Shown one piece after another: positions 24,942 to 36,400 of a stretch of DNA of 64,000 bases. Location of the stretch: positions 1 to 64,000 of the forward strand of contig NW_003314454.1 of assembly GCF_000143415.4 (NCBI RefSeq). The letters are read 5' to 3'. Both the position numbers and the translations under genes were made by a program. This DNA is from Selaginella moellendorffii (Eukaryota; Plantae; Lycopodiophyta). Every line of letters starts with the position of its first letter. Positions within the stretch are counted from its first letter, which is position 1. Under the pieces are notes generated by a model that did not search any database, was not told the origin of the DNA, and saw only the letters and a program-made list of their open reading frames with translations.

Positions 24942-26496
24942 CTAAAAACACTTCTCAAGCTCCGCAACTGTAAGGCTTGCCTGGTGGATGTGATGGTCGA
25001 TCTTAGGATCTTGGTTTAGTTCCTGCATAAAAATGTAATAGATGTGCTTGCAGGCTAAATATACCTTTCCCCTGTTCTCCCGCTGTGTAAAATCTGGACA
25101 GGTACAGGATGGATTTTCGCAGATTTTAACAGTGTAGCTCGTACCCTTTGATGACTCAGTCACAATAATAAACTCCTTAGCCATAGCACTGATGTAGTTT
25201 GTCTTTGTGATTGTGCACTTTAGCTCTTTTGCCAGCTTGATCTTCTCTTGTGCACCTTTCGAAATGGAAGACCTGTATTGTATAGCCTTCCCATTCCTAG
25301 CTGGTCGTGTATGCCGGTCTAGTGTTGATATTGGTGGCATAGCAGTACTAACAGCAACATTTGAGGAAGTCTTTAGCTTGAAACCTGCTCTCTCCAGACT
25401 TTCAATCTCTTCTTTCAAAAGATTGCAGCTTCGCTCAACTGGCCACTCCTCTGGCACAGAATCTGGCTTCAAAATAATTGAGCTGTGGATCCGGCTTGTA
25501 TGAGTAACATCAGTCCCACAACAGTAGACCCAGCTTGACTGGCGGCCCTTCACTCCTAGATCTCGACAGCCCTAGAAACATGGCACTGCTGAAGAACTTG
25601 AACCTGAGCGCACAAAAGCGAGACACTGACCTCGACTCCCAATCATTCCAGAGCAACGTGCATTGCTCTTGGCACTGACTCTTCGAATTGCCCAGTTGAT
25701 ACGAGAAACTGGCTCGCGAGAAATAACCTTTTCAACCTCTGGCACTGGACTTACTTGTGTAACAACTGGCACCTCCTCCACTCCATGTTCCTTAGTTCTT
25801 TTCCGGTGTCGTGGAACAGAATGGTAGTCAAACTCTGGACGGTGAGAGCTAGAAGGAGTGATGTTTGACCCATCAAATGTCTGTCGACGCTTCATACGGG
25901 CTGTTCTCATGTCCCCAAGTGGCTCATAACTTGATTTCATAGGAGTTCCAGCAACAACTTCCTCCACCATCTTGGACATTGACCCTGCTGTTGGTGTTGT
26001 CCTTCTACCAACCCGCTCTTGAAGCCTGTCTAAGTTCGGACCTGTACCAGCAAACCTTGCTTCCTGTGCAGCCAAAGCTTTTGATGATTGCTCAAGAGAT
26101 CTAGTGAGGTCGGAGAGTGTAGCTTCATAGAGGGACACTTTTCCTTTCCCTGCTTCGGAAGCTCTCCAACTCCAATGTTTGCTCTCAGAGAGATTAATTG
26201 TTGGTGTAAGTGCAATATCATCAAGTGGTTGATCCTACAAAAAATGCAACATTTGAATGTGACAAGAAAGAAAATGAGAGAAAGCTTACATGGAGAGTAT
26301 AATGACCCCACTGAAACATTCGAACTTCCCACCATGCAAGCCAGCATTCCATTTGTGGAAGGTTTTCAATTGGCACTTTGTCTCCTTCACGCCACCATAT
26401 GCGCATTTCATTTGCCTTTGCCTCGTGCTCCTCTTTAGTTGGTGCATCCATCCATTTCCGACAAAGCTTTTCGCGAACCAACCTTTTCGAGCTTGA
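24942..26496 (-). pseudogene. MULE transposase, C-terminal half with catalytic-Glu motif and SWIM zinc finger
   Basis: WLAWW..QWG|intron ~26290-26236|..PTINLSESKH (TxNxxESxH/N motif)..YTVKICENPSCTCPDF..ACKHIYYI (SWIM CxC..CxH). In-frame TAG at 25572; the 5' half is deleted. Confidence 0.8.
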
Positions 26497-26907
26497 GTCT
26501 CTCTCACTCGTCACAAAAGAATGAAACTCTCTTGAAGGGAAGAGAGCATGGAGATAAGAGGGAGAACAAAAAATCAATGCTACAACTTTTGTGATTGATT
26601 GGCGCTTCTCACTCATAACCACATTCATTTCAACATTATTATTCCTCTCACAATCAATTATACATATCTTAATATCTAAAGCATTGAATGATTGTGTCCA
26701 TTGATCACCATCAAAGAGAATGAAAATCATGGCCATTGATCGTGACTGTTGATCGCGTCCGTTGATTTTTAGGGTTTTACGCCTAGGGTTTGAGCAGCAA
26801 AGGGCGAAAGAAAGGCGCGCTTGAGCAGGGAAGGGCGAGAGAAAGGCGCTTCAATCAAGCAATGTGCTTCAAGACGCTCCTCAAACAAGGTATGCTTCCT
26901 TGAGAAG

Positions 26908-27434
26908 GTCGGTTCGCGCGCGAACCGACGTCTCCTCACTTTCTTTCTTCCATTAGAAGTTTCTATTTTCTCAACTTTTGTTTTCTCTTGAGGGATAGAG
27001 ATGTCGGTTCTTGTGCGAACCGACATCTCCTAGCATTCTATTTCATTTTCTATTTAGCTTTTTGCCCATCTCTACCTCGTTTTTTTTTTTTTTTCCTTGT
27101 TGAAGGGGTGGGAAAGATCGGTTCGCGCGCGAACCGACGTCTCCCCACCTTCATTTTTTCTAGAAGCGAGCTTTCTTGATTTTTTTCATGTTTCTAGTGG
27201 TGAGATTTCTATATTTTAGAAAACAGAGAGAGATTGAAATGTCGGTTCTTGTGCGAACCGACATCTTCAAGGTTTTTTTTTTTATTTCATTGACTTGATG
27301 GGGCATTTCATGTGAAAATTAGAGGGTGGAAGATGTCGGTTCTTGCGCGAACCGACCTCTCCCGTATTCTTGTTGTGTTTTTCCTTTTTCTTGAGAGGTA
27401 GGGTGAGGTCAGTTCTCGCGCGAACCAACCTCTC
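26908..27434. repeat. Array of six palindromes GTCGGTTC-N6-GAACCGAC in the MULE intergenic region
   Basis: Copies start at ~26908, 27001, 27117, 27239, 27331 and 27405. Decayed homologues at 22391-22825, variant array at 45212-45566, and N5 versions near both TIRs (~24824, 31179, 31253). Confidence 0.9.
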
Positions 27435-27578
27435 CCAGTGACTTATGTTTTTTTCCTTTGCATTTCTTGTAGTTTACAATCTATTTTTCACATCTTTTAC
27501 TTACAAACTTTTCTTGTGAGAGCAGATATAAATCAAGCTTGACTGCTTGAAACTTCCAAAAAGGGACTTGAACTTCAA

Positions 27579-30500
27579 ATGCCACAGGTTTGCTTTACAT
27601 TACAAGTTAGATGTTTTAATAGTTTTGCTTTTTATTTTAGAGGAAGCGCCGAGGCCAACCTCAATGGTCTCGATCTCCAGGAAAAGGCAGCCGCCTTGAT
27701 CGCTGTGGGCTTGGCCGATTGAGTGGAGATTCATCTCAAGTATCTAATGAAGTTTCGGCTAGTCATGCTGGAGGCAACGATGAGTATAACAATGACGTGG
27801 ATGTTGAGATGAACACTCAAATCGATGTTGGTGTTATTGAGGCTGTTGGTACTGGTGTTCCTGAGGCTGCGGGTACTGGTGGTGGGGTACTTGCATCTGA
27901 TGTTGGCGGTGGTGGGGGTGCTATGCCTTCGGTTGCTGAGGCTGCTCGCGGCCAGGTCAATGAACCAGCTGAGGACGTTATTGGTAGCGTTGTAGGTGGA
28001 TCTACTACAGAGGCTACTGGGGGCATGGTAGCTGCTCCTACTGCTCCTCAGGCTGGTGGTGCAGTGGGAGCTAATGGTGGTGAGGGATTATGCATGCATG
28101 ATTCTGACACCATCTTGAATGATCGTGTTCGGGACACAATTATCCAAGCTCAAGAACGGACAGTCAGTAAAGTGTTACAGGAAATGGCGTGGAATGGCCC
28201 TCATCGATTTCTTATCCTTGTGCCGAAGAACGACACATTAGTGTTCCAGTCACACTTGTCGAACCAATGACTCGGGAGCACACTGTGAAGCTCAACATGG
28301 CATGCCATAAGATCAACATGTAAGAATTTATTTTTTGTAAACTTAGCTAATATCGTGTTTTTGCAGGCTAAACCAATTTGCGTTTCAAGCTCATACATTG
28401 GTACATGACATTGAGCACCTTCAGTTTATGGGCATGCTCTCGCTAGAGGAGGTCCAAACGTTGTACAATCGTGAGGTATTTGAAGCAATTCGAGTGAAGC
28501 TAGGAGCTAGGAAAGGCCAAGAATTGCAGACTTGGTACCAACTGCCACTTGACTTTCTAGTTGCTGTCTGGGCGAAGGTAAATTAGTATTGAAGTATGTA
28601 TCGACTTACATAATGTTTCTTGCAGCCCATAATCAAAGGAGAAAGAGCGTCATTCTTTAAAAATGCCTAAGGAGACGAGCAACAAAAGGAGATGGAGTGG
28701 CATGCGATTGAGCAGCGAATTTTGAATACGAAGAGAACAAAGGTGAAAAAGTTGCTCTCGATTGCAGACATACGACGCGGGCAGGAATGGCTTGATAGCA
28801 TTGCCGAGATTTGTTCTCGCGTTCGTAAGTTCTTATAAAATTTGTGAAACATTTCATAACTCTTTGTGTGTGTAGGAACTGGTAAAGCACCGGAGGAACT
28901 CATTTACAACATCTCGAAGAGTAAAATGTCCTTTGCTGAACAAAGTGTCTGCTTGGAACTTCTCAACACTTGGCTGCGAAATAACGAAAAACGCTGCGAG
29001 ATAAGGATGGAGAAGGTGATGAAGGAGAAGGCGTACATTTCTCAGAGTATTGCCGCTGGTGAGGAGATGCTACAAGTCTGGGATGAGAAGTTTCTTTCCA
29101 GCACCCGCACAGGTATCACTCTCGAAGAATATATTCGTGCTTGTCTTGCGGAGCTAGGGAATGGTTGGCTTCCACGTGGTGGGACGAGTTCGGCTGAGTT
29201 CAAGAACCAACCAGGACAACCATTTCTTGCGAGGCGCATGGTTTACAGGTATTTTTTCAATTCTCATTTATATATTGGTATTTATATTTTTGTTTTACTT
29301 TGTAGATATTTAAAATATAGCCCCGGCGCACCGGTATACACAACCGGTGTTTTGCAGAAGCTCCTGACTAGAGGCAAGAAGCTTGGGATGTATGAGCCAG
29401 AGTTCTACTGTCCTTGTACACATGAGAGGGAGCTATGCCCGTGGTACCTTGAACTCGTGGAGCAGATGCCAACATCGGACTTCGAGCTAGATCTCTACCT
29501 TGAATGTCATCCAGGTTCACTTGAAACTCAGCACTTAGCTAGGAAATATTAACCTTGAGTTATATTCTTATTTTCCAGAGGCTCTTTCTGACTGTGATAA
29601 CGACATTGTTGAAGTTCAACAACTAAACCTAGAAGTCAGCACTCAGGAAACCATTCAGAAGATGCCAAATCCAAATACTGTTGAACCAGAGGAAATTGTA
29701 CAGGAAATTCCAGCACAAGAGATTCCAGTACCTGCTCCTCGCAACCCCCGAAGGGGCCGTCATGAAACCTTTCATGAGAGTAAGGACTTTGATTTGGAAC
29801 ATTCTTTTATTCATTCTTGACTTCACTTTTTTTTTTATAGATGTTGCAGAGAGCAGCCATCAGTCTTTTCGGCGGACTAAGACATTCTTCCCATCCCTCC
29901 CTACGGCTACAGATGACGACCTAGAAGAGCTCTCCTCTGCAGCGATGCATAAACAGGTTAGTAAGCATGAATTTTATCTTCAACTTTTAGTTCTAATAAT
30001 TGATTTTCAGGTTCGCCCTCTATCCCCAACGGCCAGTGTTGGGGAAGTTGCTATTCTCATTGGGGATTACACACAGCTTTTAGATGCTACTAGTCGGGAG
30101 CTCTACATGCTTGATCGGTGGATCCATGGTTTGGGTCAGCTCACACCTTATGGGAAGATCGATTTCATCTTTTTTGATCTTCCCGATGGGATGGCACCAC
30201 CACAGGGGGATACTCCGTCATGGAATGTGTTGCAGGCCCAACACATTTCCCAAGCCTTAAAGGTTGCGAGCAGCTTCATGACATACGAGGGTGTGGTTGT
30301 CATGATCCTTCCTCGCTCTCTAATGTGGGAAGGCCTTCTCGCACACTTGGCTGACAACGATGATGGATTTGTTGAGTTTTCATCTGGCTGCCTTCTTTCG
30401 AGTATGGCGGTGGACACAAAAGGCACTAGCAGGCAGACGCGAAAGGTGTGTGACTTCTTTATTTATAAATTAACTCTATTCTATTTTTTTTTCCAGATTT

Positions 30501-31108
30501 ATTCCTGGAACTACCATGCTCTATGCCACATTGGGAACCGGCGTAATGCCACACGAGCTGACGAGCGTGCTGCTCTTGCTTTACCAGGATATGACAGCTC
30601 TACAGACATCATCCCAAATGTGATTGACTCGGACGTTCTTCACCCAGCGTTCCCTGGTTATCGACATAGTTCGGTCACGGCCATGCAAATCTTGTTGGAG
30701 TTATTTTGTCCGCCAAAGGGGATTGTGCTTGATGCTACAGCAGGATTTGGATCAATGGTGCAGGCAGCAAAAGAGACAGGCCGAGCGGTTTTTGCACTTG
30801 AGAAGGAGGGTGCCTTTGAGGACATTCTTAGGAGATTTTGCGACAGGTGATGTTAGTGCTTGAAATAATCTATAATATTTATTCTCAAATGTTTCTATTT
30901 TATTAGGTCTACACTTATCACACACAGTGTTTCAGTCCACACGCTTGATCTTGATGATATGGATGATCATATGGACCAAAGTCAATTCCACTTACCTATT
31001 TATGCTGAACGTATGGCACAACATTACATACAACACGAGCTTATAGTGAAGGAGCATTCCACTATACCCATTTCTACTTTTCTGGATATGGAAGCAGAAG
31101 AAGATTGA
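27579..31108 (+). CDS. Multi-exon transposon gene: NLS - low complexity - (ParB-like core deleted in this copy) - helical/Cys region - N6A/N4C DNA methyltransferase-like domain
   Basis: Spliced start MPQ|RKRRGQP with short GT-AG introns throughout. The MTase domain has motif IV-like IDFIFFDLPDG before motif X/I LLELFCPPKGIVLDATAGFGSMVQAAKETGRAVFALEKE (beta-class order). Ends FLDMEAEED* (TGA 31106-08). A ~340-bp deletion at ~28225 relative to copy 1 probably makes this copy defective. Confidence 0.8.
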
Positions 31109-33433
31109 ATATATTCTGATTTTAATATAAATTATATTGTTTAATATATTATTTTCTTTTTTTGTAGACTAAAAGATTAGTTCATGTCGAACCAATAATC
31201 TACATGAGCTTATGGAATACCTTAAACACCTAGATTTTATGTTAAAAATTCTTGGTTCGGGACGAACTAAGGTAGTGCCATTAAACTTTCGCTAGTTAGG
31301 GGATTGTATTGACTTCCTTTGACTTTCGTTGACTTTCATTGACTTGAGCTCAGCTCGTGAGCTCAGCTCAAAAACTACCCAGCCCCAAGGAGAAGGCATA
31401 CATTTCTCAGAGTATTGCCACTGGTGAGGAGATGCTACAAGTCTGGGACGAGAAGTTTCTTTCCAGCACCTGCACAAGTATCACTCTTGAAGAATATATT
31501 CGTTCTTGTCTTGCAGAGCTAAGGAATGGTTGGCTTCCACGTGGTGGGATGAGTTCGGCTAAGTTCAAGAACCAACCAGGACAACCATTTCTTGCGAGGT
31601 GTATGGTTTACAAGTATTTTCTCAATTCTCATTTATATATTGGTATTTATACTTCTGTTTTACTTTATAGATATTTAAAATATTGCCCCAGCGCACCGGT
31701 ATACACAACCGGTGTTTTGCAGAAGCTCCTGACTAAAGACAAGAAGTTTGGGATGTATGAGCTAGAGTTCTACTGTCCTTGTACACATGAGAGGGAGCTA
31801 TGCCCGTGGTACCTTGAACTCATGGAGCAGATGCCGACATCAGACTTTGAGCTAGATCTCTACCTTGAATATCATCCAGGTTCACTTGAAACTTAGCACT
31901 TAGCTAGGAAATATTAACCTTGAGTTATATTCTTATTTTCCAGAGGCTCTTTCTGACTATGATAACGATGTTGTTAAAGTTCAACAACTAAATGCAGGAG
32001 TCCACACTTAGGAAACCATTCAGAAGATGCCAAATCCAAATACCGTTGAACCAAAGGAAACTATATAGGAAATTCCAGCACAAGAGATTCCAGTACCTGC
32101 TCCTCGCAACCCTCGAAGGGGCCGTTGTGAAGCCTTTCATGAGAGTAAGGATTTTTATTTGGAACATTCTTTTATTCATTCTTGACTTCACTTTTTTTTC
32201 TATAGATGTTGCAGAGAGCAGCCATTAGTCTTCTCGGCAGACTAAGACATTCTTGCCATCTCTCCCTACGGCTATAGATGACAACCTAGAAGAGCTCTCC
32301 TCTACAGCTATGCATAAACAGGTTAGTAAGCATGAATTTTATCTCCAACTTTAAGAGGCAACATTTTTCATTTCGGCAACAAATCCATTGTAGGTGAAAG
32401 GAGTTATGTTTATTTGCTGTCTAGTTTTGATAGCTTCCTGGAGGTTTCACAACTTGGCTTTTCGGATCTAGGTAGAATTTCTTTTTGACGAGAGAATTTC
32501 CCTTGTTTGAATCTGTATTGTTGGGATTCTCCTCCATTTCCACATCCCTTGCTATCTCCCTCAGAGGAGATACTGGAGGTGGTGGCTCAATGGCAAGGTG
32601 AGGTGTGGTATCCACTTGAAGGGTGTAATGCTGATGTGCTACAAAAAGATGAAGACTCCCTTCACTTGCCTTCCCTTGCCTACTTGTATATCTTGATGTT
32701 AGCATTTTGCACAATCATCCTCTCGTCGATGATGGCACATAACACCTCAAGTCTGGCATAATAATTGGGCTTTAAGTAGGTGAAGTTGCCTCCTCGTCTA
32801 GATGTGTAGTTTAGGAAGACATATTGTTCGGACATGCAATCCTTCTTACTTATCATGATTATTTCACCCTTGTTGTCTAAGCAGAAAATCTGAGCAAACT
32901 AGGTGAATCTAAAGGGATGGACTCACCCATAAAAAAGAAAAACATGCTCCTTTGGGTACCACTTCTACATAGCTTGATCCCCTACTCGATTGCTATTTCT
33001 CCTTTAAGTAGCTTTGCATAGGCAAGTAACCCAAAAGCATTAAACCAAAACTTGTCATAGGGAGAAAGCACAAACTCTCTAAATAGCTTTACTTGGCTAT
33101 AATCTAGCTCCTCATTGCCAGATGAGATTTCCTCTATATACTCTTCTTGCCTAGGCATTTTTGCCGTCTGTGGAGATTTGTAGGTGAAACAATCGGCATT
33201 AGGTGACTGGGAGACAGAGTAGGCGACTGGGAGACAGAGTGCGGTGCTAATGAAGCTGCATAAGGGAGATCTTGCATTGATGGTGTAAAAGTGGAGTCAA
33301 TGGCTTATAGCAGTGGCATGAGGACAAATCCACTCTACCAAATCAAAACTGTGCTCAACCTAATAGGTGGTGACAATGGCGTTTGCTCTTACATGGCCCT
33401 AGGCAGCATTTGAGCTACTGTATATTGCTTTAG

Positions 33434-36400
33434 TGTAGCGTACGTGGTTTTGACCCTTTATCCTATGGTGATTTACCATAGGATAACACCACGAAGCGGA
33501 ACCTAAACCCTCTTTGTGCCACGTGACAGATGCCATGTGTCATATGCCATGTGTCCAAAGGAACATGGTGCGGAACCTGAGGTTCAAGGCCTTGGGCCAC
33601 TAAACAAAGGAACAGTGCCAAAACCCCCAAGCATGGAGCCAAGGAATGACAGAACCGAACCACGGAGCAACTCCCGAGCATGCAGCCCAACGAGCGAAGG
33701 GACAGGAGCCCGGAGCGACTTGGAACAGTCCTAGAGCAACCAACATCCCAATGTCAGGACTAGCACGCAAAACGGAGCCAAACAGAGTTTGGCGCTATTT
33801 CGGCATACCGGTGGCCTAACGCAAGGACATGGGTACTCCACCAGCTAGCATGGAATGGAACTTGGGCACCCAAGCCGGATGCAGAATAAGGACAGGCACG
33901 CAAGCGGGAGCTAGACTATGCCTCAGGTTGGTCAGCCATGCCCGACCTACCCACTATCCCTACTATACATTTGGAACCCCCTACAGCCCCCCCCCCCCCC
34001 CCCCCTTGAGGAACACACGCTTTGGGCTTTCACCCCAAGCCTCCCTTAGTACTAAGAGTTAGTCTCTGGGACAAGCTCGAAACTTATTAAATATGGAATG
34101 TCCCTACATTGTGAATTTGGACACGGGACGAACATCATTGTGTTCAGGTTGATCTCTACATTCTGTAGATATGCCAAATGAGCAAATCTAGACACTTTTC
34201 ATAAATAGCATTTGGGATCGAAATGAGACCAACACAAAAGGCATGACAGAGCAAAAGAGAACTAAAAAGCCAGGCCAAGTATGCTTGGCTGAATAGACAC
34301 TTAGGAATTCCATCCTTATGCTCATCTGGCCAAGTACAGATGCAAAGTCCAGTTTACTAACACTTGAACAAGAGGGGCTGATAAAGAGTCCAGCAACACC
34401 GACCTCCTGCCGTCGTGGCAGTAAGGTAAGAGTGTCCGTAAGTATTGGTCGACAGGTAACTTTCGATACCCGAAGTCATATTTGCGACACTCTCCCCCCC
34501 TAGGGAAGATCGACGTCCTCGTCGATGCACACTCGAGTCTAGAATACCGCCAATCAAACAACTCCAGAAAAAGTTCACGGTACTCACACTATGTGAGAAA
34601 TGCACCAACTTAAATGAGTTAGAGGTAACCTCTTTGTCTAACACAGATGCGCTACCAACTTAGACACCTTCCGGCCGTCACCGACAAGGAAATGACCAAT
34701 GGAGTCAGTCACCCTTGCTGCTCTAGGAGTCACCCAGCTTACAAAAGTGTGATACGCCCCTGCCCGCAGAGACATAAAAAGAGAAGCCAAAGGCACCAAC
34801 CCTCCTGAGCAAAGAAACCAAACCCGTCGGTAAGGTTTAGATAGACTACTGTAAACAGGCAGCTAGTGTGGTGCACGTGGTTTTGACCCTTTATCCTATG
34901 GTGATTTACCATAGGATAACACCATGAAGCGGAACCTAAACCCTCTTTGTGCCACGTGACAGATGCCACGTGTCACATGCCACGTGTCCATGCCACGTGT
35001 CCATAGGAACCCGAGGTTCAGGGCCTTGGGCCACTGAACAAAGGAACGGTGCCAAACTCCCAAGCATGGAGCCAAGGAGTGACGGAACCGAACCACGGAG
35101 CAACTCCCGAGCATAAAGCCCAAGGAGCGAAGGGACAGGAGCCCGGAGCGACTTGGAACAGTCCTGGAGCAACCAGCATCCCAATGCCAGGACCAGCACA
35201 CAAAACGGAGCCAAACGGAGTCTAGCGCTATTTCGGCATACCGGTGGCCTAACGTGAGGATATGGGTACTCCACCAACTAGCATGGAATGGAACTTGGGC
35301 TTAGACCCAAGCCGGACGCAGAACAAGGACAGGCACGCAAGCGGGAGCTAGACTATGCCTCAGGTTGGTCAGCCATGCCCGACCTACCCACTATCCCTAC
35401 TATACATTTGGAACCCCCCACAGCCCCCCCCACCATTGTGTTCAGGCTGATCTCTACATTCCGTAGATATGCCAAATGAGCAAATCTGGACACTTTCCAT
35501 AAATAGCATTTAGGACCGAAATGAGACTAACACAAAGGGCATGATAGCGAGGGTGTTTGGCAGACACGGTAAGCTATCATGTAGCGATATTGAGGGACTA
35601 ATCTCAATACGCGAGGGTTCTTGTCACTAGCAAGTGCAAGACAAAACGAGACGGGAACTCCTTACCGGGCTAAGTATGCTTAGCTAATAACACGTAGGAA
35701 TTCCGTCCTTATGCTCGTCCGGTCTAAGTACACTCGAAATGCCTAGTTAACTCCACTAGCACAAGAGGGACTGATAAAGGGTCCAGCAATACCGACCTCC
35801 TGCCATCGTGGCAGTAAGGTAAGAGTGTCCGTAAGGACTGGTCGACAGGTAACTTTCGATACCCGAAGTCACATGCGCGACAGTTAGAGTTGTTTACACG
35901 GTCACGCCCTTTTAAACGGAACAAAGGAACATCGATAGAGAGGCGGGTTATGTGACTAGTCGACAATATCTACCCCATGACTAGAGATTTCAATATGCAC
36001 ACGAAGTGCCGAAGCCAATCTGCCTATACTGACCCAAATTCAAAGATCAATAGATGGACAATATCAAAGTCATAAACAATGATATCTTAGAGACTTAATT
36101 ATCAGTGACTATATCTTAGAATAGAACACAACAATATTCTAATTAAGTTATCATCTGATAAACTAGTATTATTATAGTACAGGAACCACTAAGATCACTA
36201 TTATTGGAAAACATGGGATTCACCATCCAGCAAAACTCAATAGCCAGCGAAGCATTAAGAAAACTTAATGATAGATCTTAACTACTGAAGATGGTAGACA
36301 GTATGCCAAACAACTTACTAAAGATAACTCAAAGAACACAAAGTATCATTGACTGACAAACACAATGCTCGCGAATGTATCACTCGAAGGAAATAACATC

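Larger units (their letters stand above)
24741..31386. mobile_element. Mutator-like (MULE) DNA transposon, 6.6 kb, with two divergent genes (internally deleted derivative)
   Basis: Perfect 9-bp TSD AAGGAGAAG (24732-40 / 31387-95). Imperfect ~45-bp TIRs GAGCCTGGGTAGGTTTTGAGCT.. / GGGGCTGGGTAGTTTTTGAGCT.. contain GAGCTC repeats. Encodes a SWIM-finger transposase remnant. Confidence 0.9.
22155..32352 (+). pseudogene. MULE family copy 1: upstream region plus ParB-like/MTase gene (ATG 22971), split by the inner element at 24740/31387 and truncated before the MTase domain
   Basis: Colinear with 26960-30000 and keeps the ParB-like core FWLINGNHRLLAF. Many stops. The reading MEKVMKEK|AYISQS is restored on removing the insertion. 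Confidence 0.8.

Noticed and set aside
26908-27434. CRISPR-like array of palindromic repeats with spacers
   Set aside because: Eukaryotic context, irregular T-rich spacers, variable repeat centres and no cas genes; it lies inside a MULE.
29681-30850. Single-exon bacterial-style 389-aa MTase gene or bacterial contamination
   Set aside because: The ORF reads through T-rich GT-AG introns. The gene is spliced, lies within a plant transposon and has two local paralogues.
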